In this document: piece by piece, positions 1-9,358 of the stretch
Numbering within the stretch: the first letter of the stretch is position 1
How the letters are laid out: each line of letters starts with the position of its first letter
DNA from: Gemmatimonadota bacterium
Lineage (GTDB): Bacteria; Gemmatimonadota; Gemmatimonadetes; Longimicrobiales; Gaopeijiaceae
NCBI GenBank assembly: GCA_039589315.1
Contig: JBDHHQ010000027.1
Coordinates: forward strand, 32,001-96,000
Reading direction: 5' to 3'
DNA: 64,000 bases
The notes under the pieces: generated by a model
Told to the model about the DNA's origin: nothing
What the model saw: only the letters and a program-made list of their open reading frames with translations
Database searches by the model: none
Made by a program: the position numbers and the translations under genes

Positions 1-1446
1 CCTGGCGGTGACAGAGTTGCCTCGGGCCTCACTCGGGTCGCTCACCTCGAACAGGTCGACCATGAAGTCCAGCGACCTCTGAGCGGTGAGGGCCTCAGCC
101 GCCGCGGCGCGTTCGGCTCGCCGGGCACGCACGAGTCCTACCGACGTGCCGACCACGCTGCTGACCAGCAAGATCACCGCTACCCCCGACCACGCCACGG
201 ACGCCCGGTTGCGCTGGATGAACTTTGCCACACGGTAGGTGGCGCTCGGGGGCCGGGCGACGAGCGGTTCGTCCGCCAGGTACCTCTCCAGCTCTGTGGC
301 CAGGTCGTTAGCCGTGGCGTAGCGTCGCGTCCTGTCGTGATCGATGGCCTTCATGACCACCCAATCGAGGTCGCCTCGGAGCTCGCGCCGCAGGGTGGGA
401 GGATCGGTTCTCCGAAGTTCGGCGATCGTGTCCCAGGACTCCTCCATGCTGGAGAAGCGTTCCGAAGGACGCACCGGTGCCTTCTCCCGGATCAGCGGAC
501 CCAGCGCAGCGGGCGCTACACGGTCGAGATCGAAGGGGACGTCCCCCACCAGCAGCTCGTAAAAGACCACGCCCAGCGAATAGACGTCGGCCCGGGTATC
601 CACGTCGAAGCCCGACCCCTCGGCCTGTTCGGGACTCATGTACTTGGGCGTCCCCACGAACTGGCCGACACGCGTGAGCGAGGTGTGCTCGGTGAGGGCC
701 GAGCCCGTGGCTTTGGCGATCCCGAAGTCGATGACCCTCGGGATCGCGTCCCCGTCCTTGGAGGTCACGAGGATGTTGGAGGGCTTCAGGTCACGGTGGA
801 TGACGCCCTTCTGGTGTGCGTGTTGAACCGCCCGGCACACCTGGATGAACAGGGCGATCCGTTCGTCATTGGAGAGGCGGTGCCCATCGCAATAGTCGGT
901 GATCGGCTCGCCCTCCACCAACTCCATGACGAAATAGGGCCTACCGAGCTCCGTGGCCCCTGCGTCGAAGACCGTGGCGATGCTGGGGTGGTCCATCATC
1001 GCCAGCGCCTGCCGCTCTGCCTCGAAACGGGCCACGACCCGGGCCGTGTCCATTCCGAGCTTGATGATCTTCAGGGCGACGCGTCTGCGTACCGGTTGGA
1101 GCTGCTCTGCCAGGTAGACGGTTCCCATCCCGCCTTCACCCAGGACGTCGAGGATGCGGTACGGGCCTATTGCATCGGGAAGGGAGCGGGCGCTGGCCGC
1201 AGCGCGCGCTTGACCCTCTGCGGGATCCAGGGCGTCGGCGAGTTCACGAAACATGGCGCGTCCCGGATCTGCGGCTGCCAGGAGTGACTCGAGCTCCCGT
1301 CGGAACTCCTCGTCTCCGTCTGCCACTTCCTCGACGAAGCTGGCTCGGGCCTCCGCCGGGAGCGAGAGGGCCTTCTCGAGCAGAGCGCCGAGACGCTCGG
1401 ACTCTCCCGAGAGATCGGTCGTACCGTTGGGAGGATCGCGCTTCAC
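1..1446 (-). CDS. Ser/Thr protein kinase (Hanks type, probably with C-terminal TPRs); runs off the left edge
   Basis: Manual minus-strand translation from GTG at 1446 (GGAG upstream) gives GEGGMGTVY, VALKIIK, HRDLKPSN and DFGIAK. Absent from the ORF track because its stop lies outside the window. Confidence 0.92.
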   Translation of the reverse strand, partial: MKRDPPNGTTDLSGESERLGALLEKALSLPAEARASFVEEVADGDEEFRRELESLLAAADPGRAMFRELADALDPAEGQARAAASARSLPDAIGPYRILDVLGEGGMGTVYLAEQLQPVRRRVALKIIKLGMDTARVVARFEAERQALAMMDHPSIATVFDAGATELGRPYFVMELVEGEPITDYCDGHRLSNDERIALFIQVCRAVQHAHQKGVIHRDLKPSNILVTSKDGDAIPRVIDFGIAKATGSALTEHTSLTRVGQFVGTPKYMSPEQAEGSGFDVDTRADVYSLGVVFYELLVGDVPFDLDRVAPAALGPLIREKAPVRPSERFSSMEESWDTIAELRRTDPPTLRRELRGDLDWVVMKAIDHDRTRRYATANDLATELERYLADEPLVARPPSATYRVAKFIQRNRASVAWSGVAVILLVSSVVGTSVGLVRARRAERAAAAEALTAQRSLDFMVDLFEVSDPSEARGNSVTAR

Positions 1447-1551
1447 GGCGTATGCTCCTGCGACGTGCCCTGCCGCCGGGTTCTGATGTCGAACGACTCG
1501 AAGGTCCGCCCCCTGCTCTCGGGAAATACTACGGCTCGGTCGTTGCCATCT

Positions 1552-2492
1552 CTAGAACGGCGTCCAGTTCGGGTTCTGCGCGAGCTCTTTGAGCCGTGTC
1601 ACCGGAGCCAAATCGGATCCGTCGCTGCGAATGACGTAGACGTCCAGCGCTCCGCCGTGCCAGCGGTGAAACGTGAGCCAACCACCGTCCGATGACCACG
1701 ACGGCTGGAACGCGAAGCCGTTGGAGTAGATCCGATGCGCGCCTCTGCCATCGGCGTTCATGACGTAGAGGCCGGGATTCCGGTTGCCGAATTGGCCGAA
1801 CGCGATCCGCCGCCCATCGGACGACCAGTCTGGGCACAGCTCCGTGCCCTTCGCGAAGGTCAGCCGGGTAACATCGGACCCGTCGGCGTGCATCACGTAT
1901 GCGTCCTGGCCCGTCTCGCCGGCTCGATCCGATGAGAGGAGGATCCTGTCGTCGACCGGGGACCAGCGCGGGCAGCCATCCTCCGCCGGGTGGTTGGTGA
2001 TGTTGACCTCGCTCGACCCATCGGCGTCGGCGACGAAGATATCAGCCGTCGATGAGAAGTCGGGGAACCTCATGAAGACGATCCTGGAGTCGTCGGGCGA
2101 GAAGCATGGTGCGATTCGGAACCCCGGGGCCGTTGGTCAGCTGCGTTTGACCGGTGCCGTCCGCGTTCATGACCCAAACCTGGGCGACCTGGGTGGCTGG
2201 GTCACCCCGCGTGAACAGGATCTTGCTCCCGTCGGACGACCACCCGCCCATCAGCTCCTCCATCGGCGTGTTGGTGAGCTTGGTGAGTCCTGTCCCGTCT
2301 GGGTTGATCACCGCAATGTCGGAGAGTTCCATCGGGAGTCCCCAGCGTGAATCCGATGACCTCGCCCGGGCGGCCGGTCGAGGGTTTCACGTCGTTGACC
2401 TCGACCACCGATGGGTCGTGACAAGCGGCCGAGGTGGCCACCAGCACAAGGGTCGCGCCGAGGTGTTGGATCACCAGCAGGTGCCGCTGCAT
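1552..2492 (-). pseudogene. TolB-like PD40-repeat lipoprotein split by two frameshifts
   Basis: Signal/lipobox in ORF 2202..2492; WSSDG/WSP and VMNADG repeats continue in ORFs 2042..2332 and 1552..2073 in different frames. Confidence 0.75.
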
Positions 2493-2649
2493 GTCATCCT
2501 CCTTTGCATGGGCAATAGAGGGTCTTCCGCTTCAGGCGGACGCTGAAGAGCTCCACTTGGTAGACGACAAAGCCACGCGCGACTGGCTCATCAGGCCTCG
2601 GGAGGTGCGGCAGAGCCGCAAGGAAATTGGGCCAAGGGACGGTCGGCGT

Positions 2650-2841
2650 GCTCATGGACTCGCGCTCGCATTTCCCGCCACTCGGACGATGTCCAGCCTT
2701 CTGGTCGGCGTGAGTCCCACCGCCCCCACGGTGTTCGTGAGCGTCACGGCGCTGCTGCTCGGTGTTGCGTTCCTGGGGTCTTGGCTCTCGGCGATCCGGG
2801 CTTCCGCGGTCGAGCCCATGAGGGCCCTCTCGCAGGAGTGA
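2650..2841 (+). pseudogene. C-terminal fragment of an ADOP/FtsX-type ABC permease
   Basis: TRTMSSLLVGVSPTAP...AIRASAVEPMRALSQE matches the C-termini of the permeases at 38550 and 51920. Confidence 0.65.
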
Positions 2842-2934
2842 CCCCGACCGTCGCCCCGTGGCTCAGCGCCGCACGACTGGCGCCGAACCCCGTCCAGGCC
2901 GAACTTGCTCGCCCTCGAACCCGAGGGAGGGGCT

Positions 2935-3273
2935 ATGGAGCGCATCGGTTGGGACGACTTCGCCCGCGTCGAGATCCGCGTCGGCACGGTGACCAGGGTG
3001 GAGGCTTTTCCCGAGGCGCGCCGGCCCGCCTACAAAGTCTGGGCTGATTTCGGGGACGGTCTGGGCGAGCTCAGGTCCAGCGCCCAGATTACGGATCTCT
3101 ACTCCCTCGACGACATCCTCGGTCGCCAGATCGTCGGTGTGGTCAACTTTCCACCGAAGCAAATCGGGCCCTTCATGTCGGAGTTTCTTCTGACCGGATT
3201 CTATCAGCCCGACGGCACCGTCGTGCTCGCCGTGCCGGAGCGTCCGGTCGCGAACGGAGCCAGGTTTGGCTGA
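2935..3273 (+). CDS. csaA: tRNA-binding/secretion chaperone CsaA
   Basis: [16 protein letters not shown] and [10 protein letters not shown] motifs; GGAGG before ATG at 2935. Confidence 0.9.
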   Translation: MERIGWDDFARVEIRVGTVTRVEAFPEARRPAYKVWADFGDGLGELRSSAQITDLYSLDDILGRQIVGVVNFPPKQIGPFMSEFLLTGFYQPDGTVVLAVPERPVANGARFG

Positions 3274-4894
3274 GGTCGCTCGTGGCATGGTGCCGCCGCC
3301 TGGCACGTGGCCGAGGACGGCCGCTTGCATCGCCCTGGGGCTCCTCGGAGGGCGGGTGCCCCTTGCCGGGCAGGTCTCCGCAACGAGGGTCGATCTCGGG
3401 TCCTGCGAGCTGGAAGGCGTCGAGGAAACCCGCACGGGTGAGTGCGGTCAGGTCTCCCTGCCCCTGGACCACGACGATCCGGATGGTGCCCGGATCCCGA
3501 TCGCGGTGACCCGGATTCTCCCCGACGGGCCGGTACGGCAACAACTCTGGTTCCTCGACGGCGGCCCCGGTGACGCGGGTCGGGCCTCGCTCGCCCGTGT
3601 CGCAGACGCTCTGACGGCGGTCGAGGGCCTCGCCCTCTACACGCTCGATCACCGGGGCGTGGGCGGATCCGCATTGCTCGAGTGTCCGGATCAACAGGAT
3701 CGCGAAAGTGCCGATGGTCGCGAGCTCGTCAGCGAGGAATGGGGCGACTGCATCGAGTGGCTCGAGCGGAATCGCGACGATCTGGATCACCTATCCACGA
3801 CGGCCAGCGCTCACGACCTGAGCTCGCTCATCGAGATCTTTCGACTCGACGATGTGCCCGTCTTCGTGATGGGAGCCTCGTACGGCTCGTTCTGGGCCAA
3901 CCGCTATCTCCAGCACCATGCGGATCAACCGGACGCAGTGATCCTCGACGGGATCGCGCCTGGGGACTGGACGTTCGCCGAGTTCGACGCATCGCTGGAC
4001 GCCATGGGAAGACGGCTGCTGCACATCTGCTCGCTCGACCCTACCTGCGGTGACAGGATGGGCGGCGACGCCCTGGCGTTCACCTCCAGTGTCATGGAGC
4101 GCATGGCCGCCGGCCATTGTCGGGCCTTGGGCCTGGATGTGCCCACCTACCGCCTCGTGCTGGGAAATCTGTTGATGGGGGGACGGGACCTCTGGCCCTA
4201 CATACCGGTCCTGACCTATCGCTTGGATCGCTGTGCGATCCGAGACATCCTGGTCATCGCACACTTCTTCGAAGCGGTTTTCGAAAGTGGCGAGGTCGGC
4301 GAGCCGGAGTCGCACTCTCCGGTCCTGCAACGTCACGTGAGCATGTCGGAGCTGTGGCCTCCGGCCGGCCCGTCAGTAGACGCCCTCGAACGTGCCCTGG
4401 ACGGCACTGTCATGACCACCGGCGTCAGCGCGAGCTTCGCAGCGACCTACGAGGGCTGGCCACGTTATCCGCGGCCTGAAGCCTGGAACGAGCTCGCAGC
4501 GTACGCCGGGCCGATGCTGCTGCTTCACGGAGGGTTGGACCCGACGTTGTCGATGGATCGTTTGGCCGCGGTGCGGCGGCAGTTCTCGGGCCCCGCTTAG
4601 ACGTTCGTAGCGTTCCCCATGGCCGGGCACGTCGTTCTGGGAGAGAGCGGTTGCGCCTCGGCGATCTACGCCGCGTTTCTGGCGGCCCCCCGCTCAGCCC
4701 CAGACGTGTCTTGTGCTGAGGACGGTGAGCCCGTGTCCTTCGAGCCCACCGACGCCGACCGCATTCTGGGGACGACGGACGCATGGGGAGACGTGCCGCT
4801 GGAGGCGTTGATCCTCGGTGGGATCGCGCTCGTGCTGATCTTGCTGAGCTGGTTGGTGCTACGGTGGTGGCGGAAGCGTCGCCGCGCGGCGTGA
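3266..4894 (+). pseudogene. Secreted alpha/beta hydrolase (TAP-like peptidase) interrupted by an in-frame TAG at 4598-4600
   Basis: GGPG, DHRGVG and GASYG nucleophile motifs; the frame continues after TAG (TFVAFPMAGHVV) to a C-terminal TM anchor. Confidence 0.75.
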
Positions 4895-4973
4895 GCTCCT
4901 GGAGACCCGAGCGTCACCCCTCCTGAGCCCGCAGGCGCGCGCGCCTCACCCCCGTACGCGGTCCTACCACGGT

Positions 4974-5170
4974 TCACGCCTCCCTGAGGACAATGGCGGG
5001 GTCGATGCGCGTGGCGCGGCGAGCGGGTACATAGGTCGCGACCATGGCGACGCCAACCAGCATCACAGACACGCCACCCAACACGATCGGGCTGGTCGGA
5101 TCCACCTCGAACAGCGCGCTCGTCATCAGTCGCGTCAGGCCGAGGGCGGCCACCAATCCCACCCCGAGGG
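4974..5170 (-). pseudogene. C-terminal fragment of an ADOP/FtsX-type ABC permease
   Basis: LTRLMTSALFEVDPTSP...ATYVPARRATRIDPAIVLRE. Confidence 0.7.
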
Positions 5171-5284
5171 GGAGAGCGTGGCGCAGGCACGTACCGGAGC
5201 TTCGTCCTACCGCCGAGATGCCCGTCTGCTGGGGGGGCACGCCTTTCACTCACATCCCGAGGTGTGCGCAAGCGAACGAGCTCG

Positions 5285-5471
5285 CGCAGCCAGATACAAC
5301 CAGACGCAGCCACACGCAGAAGACCTGGCGGAACTTGAAAACCGGCGTCCGAAGGGACACGTGGGTCCGAGCCGAGCGGCCGATGTGGTGTGCGCGATGC
5401 GGCCGGTCCGCTGGCCCGCGAGACCACTGAGGATCGCCGCAGGCGACCGCAGGTGAATCCCACCCCCTCCG
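5285..5471 (+). repeat. att-like element copy 1: 10-bp repeats + tRNA-Ser(TGA) 3' half with 86-bp T-loop insert (5371-5456)
   Basis: CTTGAAA-ACCGG, variable arm, GTGGG-TCCGA-[insert]-AT-CCCAC-CCCCTCC-G. Confidence 0.85.
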
Positions 5472-5561
5472 TTTAGGGATCACGGCAACGCTGGTTGGCC
5501 AAAGCAACGTCGATGAGTCCGAACCCACGGCGCGATCTGCGGAGCAGATCGCGGAGTTGGT

Positions 5562-5637
5562 GAGCCGAGCGGCCGAAACGGTGGGCCGCGGGGCGGACCG
5601 AAGGCGGCGGTCCGCGAGACGAGCGAGGACGGCGTGA
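5562..5637 (+). mobile_element. Free-standing diverged relative of the T-loop insert (MITE/REP-like)
   Basis: Starts GAGCCGAGCGGCCGA, shares CCGCG..CCGCGAGAC..GAGGA and ends GTGA like the inserts, but lies outside a recognisable tRNA. Confidence 0.55.
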
Positions 5638-5689
5638 AGCTCCCCCGGCTCGCTTACGTCCCGCCGCCCAGGGTGCAGCAGGGGTGCAT

Positions 5690-5800
5690 CTCCCGGGCCG
5701 GATTCCGGCTCAGGTTGGTGGCGCCGGACCCGGCGGCGGCCATGACGTAGATCTCGCCGTTCCCGCGACGGAACGATTCGAACGCGATCCGGCTTCCAAC
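5690..5800 (-). pseudogene. PD40/TolB-repeat gene fragment
   Basis: SRIAFESFRRGNGEIYVMAAAGSGATNLS. Confidence 0.6.
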
Positions 5801-5934
5801 GGGGAGCACTCGGGATGCCCGCCCTGGGGCGTGAAGCAAGGTGGGCAGCCCCAGGGTCGCCAACCCGCAGAGCGAATGCGCCAGGACCGTGGCAAGCGTC
5901 CCGGACCGACTCCACGGTGTGGTCCGGGCCGGAC

Positions 5935-6531
5935 TCACTGGCTCATGACGCAAGCCGGAGCGACCGGCTCCCGGACCCACCGGACCGTGTCCTGGGGGAC
6001 CCATGCCCCGTCCTCCCACACCTTGGCCACGGTCACCAGCGTGTCTCCCCGGCTCAGATCGGTGAGATCGCGGGAGCGCCCGGCGGTGCCATCGGGAAGG
6101 GACGCCGTGAACTCGACCAGGCGCGTGTCTTCACCCGGGGCGGTGAGCGTCCCTTCGGCCACCACCCCGATCCCCGCGAAGACCGTGACCCGGACGCCTC
6201 CGTTCTTCGGATCCGGGTGGAACACGATGTGGCTGAGGGCCTCGCAACGTCCGTCGGCGTAGACCGAAAGGGCGTCCGACGTGACCACGTTGCGTGCCGG
6301 TCCCCAGCGTGAGATCCGCGCCCAGTGGAACGGTTCCTCCTCGGCGCCCGGGCCCCACTCCGGATTATCGCGCCGCCACACGCCGGAACCGTTGACCTCG
6401 TGCTTCAAGAGCGCCGCAACGGGGCTCGCCTGCTGATCTGCATGCTGCGCGCCCACAGGGGCGAGCACGGCCCCCACAAGTGCGGTACTCACCAGTCCCG
6501 CCTTCCACCATCCGCCTCGACTCATCTCCAC
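5935..6531 (-). CDS. Hypothetical secreted protein (copy A)
   Basis: Signal peptide ending PVGA-Q; close paralog at 7244..7839. Confidence 0.7.
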   Translation of the reverse strand: MEMSRGGWWKAGLVSTALVGAVLAPVGAQHADQQASPVAALLKHEVNGSGVWRRDNPEWGPGAEEEPFHWARISRWGPARNVVTSDALSVYADGRCEALSHIVFHPDPKNGGVRVTVFAGIGVVAEGTLTAPGEDTRLVEFTASLPDGTAGRSRDLTDLSRGDTLVTVAKVWEDGAWVPQDTVRWVREPVAPACVMSQ

Positions 6532-6619
6532 CCCACACGTGAAAGGAAAATTTCAGAGGTGAGAAACCATGGCAAGATCGGCCGCCGGAGGCAAGGCAGG
6601 GAGGGGGGCGGATTGCCGG

Positions 6620-6725
6620 ACTTGAACGTCGAAGGGTCCGGATACGGTGGTCTCCCCAGGCCGCGGTCTCGTACCATCACCGAACGCGCCGGTGCTGTAC
6701 CCGTTGAGCCGAAGCATCTCGGCCC
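6620..6725 (-). pseudogene. Short arylsulfatase fragment (second copy at about 7935-8035)
   Basis: AEMLRLNGYSTGAFG followed, across frameshifts, by W.ETAAW-ETTVSGPFD, which resembles an arylsulfatase segment. Confidence 0.55.
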
Positions 6726-6736
6726 AAGGGCCTACC

Positions 6737-7040
6737 CGTGATCGAGTTCCGCGCAATCCTGCCCCTTGCCAACGTTTTGCCAACGCCACCCGCGAACAGA
6801 CGCAGTCAGACGCAAGACGCCGACTCTGGAAGACGGCTTAATCGCCTTTCCCCGCAGCCAGATACAACCAGACGCAACCAGACGCAGAAAACCTGTGGGA
6901 ACTTGAAAACCGGCGGGCTAACGCCCACGTGGGTTCGAGCCGAGCGGCCGAGATGGTGGTCCGCGATGCGGCCGGTCCGCTGGCCCGCGAGACCACTGAG
7001 GATCGCCGCAGGCGACCGCAGGTGAATCCCACCCCCTCCG
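6737..7040 (+). repeat. att-like element copy 2 (complete), T-loop insert 6939-7025
   Basis: TTGCCAACGTTTTGCCAACG, CAGACGCA repeats, CTTGAAA at 6902-6908, tRNA-Ser 3' half. Confidence 0.88.
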
Positions 7041-7243
7041 TTAGAATGGACTGCGCAGTTAAGGCGGCTGGCCTGCCACGGGGCGAACCTCGCCGCCGCC
7101 TCCCCGCGCCTCCCGACGCCGACTGCCGGTCCTGGGCGTGAACCAAGGTGGGCAGCCCCAAGGTCCCCAACCCGCAGAGCGAATGGACCAGGACCGTGGC
7201 AAGCGTCCCGGACCCCACTCTACGGTGTCGGTCCGGGCCGGAC

Positions 7244-7839
7244 TCAATGGCTCATGACGCAAGCCGGAGCGACCGGCTCCCGGACCCAACGGACCGTGTC
7301 CTGGGGGACCCATGCCCCGTGCTCCCACACCTTGGCCACGTCACCAGCGTGTCCCCCTGACTCACATGGGTGAGATCGCGGGAGCGCCGAGTCGTGCCGT
7401 CGGGAAGGGACGCTGTGAACTCGACGAGGCGCGTGTCGTCACCCGGGGCGGTGAGCGTCCCTTCGGCCACGACCCCGATTCCCGCGAACACCGTAACCCG
7501 GACACCTCCGTTCTTCGGATCCAGGTGGAACACGATGTGGCTGAGGGCCTGGCAACGTCCGTCGGCGTAGACCGAAAGGGCGTCCGAGGTAATCACTTTG
7601 CGTGCCGGTCCCCAGCGTGAGATCCGCACCCAATGGGACGGCTCGTCCTCCGCGCCGGGGGTCCACTCCGGGTTATCGCGCCGCCACACGCCGGAACCGC
7701 TGACTTCGTGCTCGAGAAGCGCCGCAACAGGGCTCGCCTGTTGGTCCGCATGCTGCGCGCCCACAGGGGCGAGCGCGGCCCCCACGAGTGCGGCACTCAC
7801 CAGTCCCGCCTTCCACCATCCGCCTCGCCTCATCTCCAC
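7244..7839 (-). pseudogene. Hypothetical secreted protein (copy B), 1-nt deletion near 7340
   Basis: Aligns with 5935..6531; GGCCACGTCACC versus GGCCACGGTCACC in copy A shifts the C-terminus. Confidence 0.7.
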
Positions 7840-8046
7840 CCCGTGTGTGAAAGGAAAATTTCAGACGTGTAAAACCATGGGGAGATCGGGCGCCGGAGGC
7901 AAGGCCGGGACGGGGGCAGATTGCCGGACCTGGACGTTGAAGGGCCCGGATACGCTGGTCTTCCCAGGCCGCGGTCTCGTACCAACCTACCGAACGCGCC
8001 GGTGCTGTACCCGTTGAGCCGAAGCATCTCGGCCCAAGGGCCTACT

Positions 8047-8360
8047 CGTGACCGAGTTCGGCGCCATCCTGTCCTTTGCCAACGTTTCGCCAACGCCACC
8101 CGAGAACAGACGCAACCAGACGCAACCAGACGCAAAGCCCTAGCCGCGACCAGCGCCGAAGACCCCCTGCACCGCAGCCAGATCGAACCACACGCAACCA
8201 GACGCAGAAGACCTGACGGACCTTGAAAGCCGGCGGGCTAACGCTCACGTGGGTTCGAGCCGAGCGGCCGATGTGGTGGTCCGCGATGCGGCCGGTCCGC
8301 TGGCCCGCGAGACCACTGAGGATCGCCGCAGGCGACCGCAGGTGAATCCCACCCCCTCCG
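8047..8360 (+). repeat. att-like element copy 3 (complete), T-loop insert 8259-8345
   Basis: Same architecture; CTTGAAA at 8222-8228. Confidence 0.88.
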
Positions 8361-8419
8361 TTGTGTGGTAAAACCACTTACGCATCTACGGCCACACCCT
8401 CCTCTCGCTCGGTCGCAGC

Positions 8420-9238
8420 GGGTGTTACCCGTTCTGTTACCGGCGAGTCGTCGCTCTCGTCGCCCAGCCCAAAACGGGCAGCCATCCGGTCCAATACTCG
8501 CCACATCCGAGTAGTCCGAGTGGAAGCGGGCGTACTTCATCGTCATCGTGATGTGCTTGTGCCCCAGCTGCTGCTGGAGCAGGTGAAGGGGCAGCCCGGC
8601 CCTCGGGAGCGCCACTGCGGCGGTGTGCCGGGGGTCGTGGATCCAGGAATCGTGGAGCCCCACCAGCCCGCAAGCTCTCTTGTGTTCGGCCTGGACCACG
8701 CGCCGAGGGGTGGTGAAGACGGGTTCCGTTCCGGACGACCCGGTGCCGTCGACATGAGCCTTGACCGCCGCTGCACCCCAGGGCGGCACGAAGACTGACC
8801 GCACGCCCGACTGGGTCTTGGAGCTTCTGACCGAGACGCGATTCTCCGTGGACCCGAACCGATGGTCGCACATCCGGAGTGCCTCGCCTTCCCCAATCCG
8901 CATCCCAGTTCCCACGAGGAGTTGCATGATCGGCCGGAACAGTCGTCGCAGTGCCGCCATGTACGCGGCGAGCTCGTCCGGCTCCAGGTACCGGATCCGG
9001 TCCTTCGACCCGAACCGCTTGATGCGCGGTCGCTCGTCGATCCAGCTCTGTCCGAGGGCGAACGTCGCGAGTACCGATACCGCTCCGAGGTCGTTGTTCA
9101 CCGTCTCCTTCGCGGCACCGGACGCGAGTCGGGCTGCCTTGAACTCCTGGATCCTGTCTGTGGTCAGGACATCGGCGACGGCCGCGTCATCGCCTCGCCC
9201 GGGCGGCCTTCCACTCCGCTCAGCCTGTGCCAGCCGAA
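8420..9238 (-). pseudogene. Tyrosine recombinase/integrase, 5'-truncated and probably frameshifted at the C-terminus
   Basis: TGMRIGE, SKT, IHDPRHT and LGH...TMKY catalytic-type motifs. No plausible native start. It points toward att copy 3. Confidence 0.85.
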
Positions 9239-9301
9239 GAAGCCGCACCACGTCGCGATGTACGTGAGATCGGAGACCCAGAGCCGGTTGGGGCAGACGG
9301 C
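9239..9301 (-). mobile_element. IS3-family transposase remnant
   Basis: Minus strand reads AVCPNRLWVSDLTYIATWCGF, the IS3 OrfB PN..W.SD.TY motif. Confidence 0.7.
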
Positions 9302-9358
9302 CAGCCGAGGCATCGGTGATCGATCGACCGTGGGGCCGCGTGCAGGTGTTGGACTTCG

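Noticed and set aside
337..1287. Long + strand ORF (likewise 16379..17788, 26050..27516, 29737..31032, 32372..33670, 48413..50005)
   Set aside because: Antisense shadows of real high-GC genes on the opposite strand.
1552..2492. Programmed frameshifting in the TolB-like gene
   Set aside because: No slippery heptamer was seen. Decay or indel error is simpler given the many other lesions.
6766..8220. CAGACGCAAC repeats with variable spacers as a CRISPR array
   Set aside because: The units are 10 bp and tandem, with one spacer per element and kb-scale separation. No cas genes are in the window.
8420..9238. Classical integron (IntI + attC)
   Set aside because: No IntI-specific insertion or attC-type RYYYAAC..GTTRRRY palindromes were recognised. 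The repeats are tRNA-derived.
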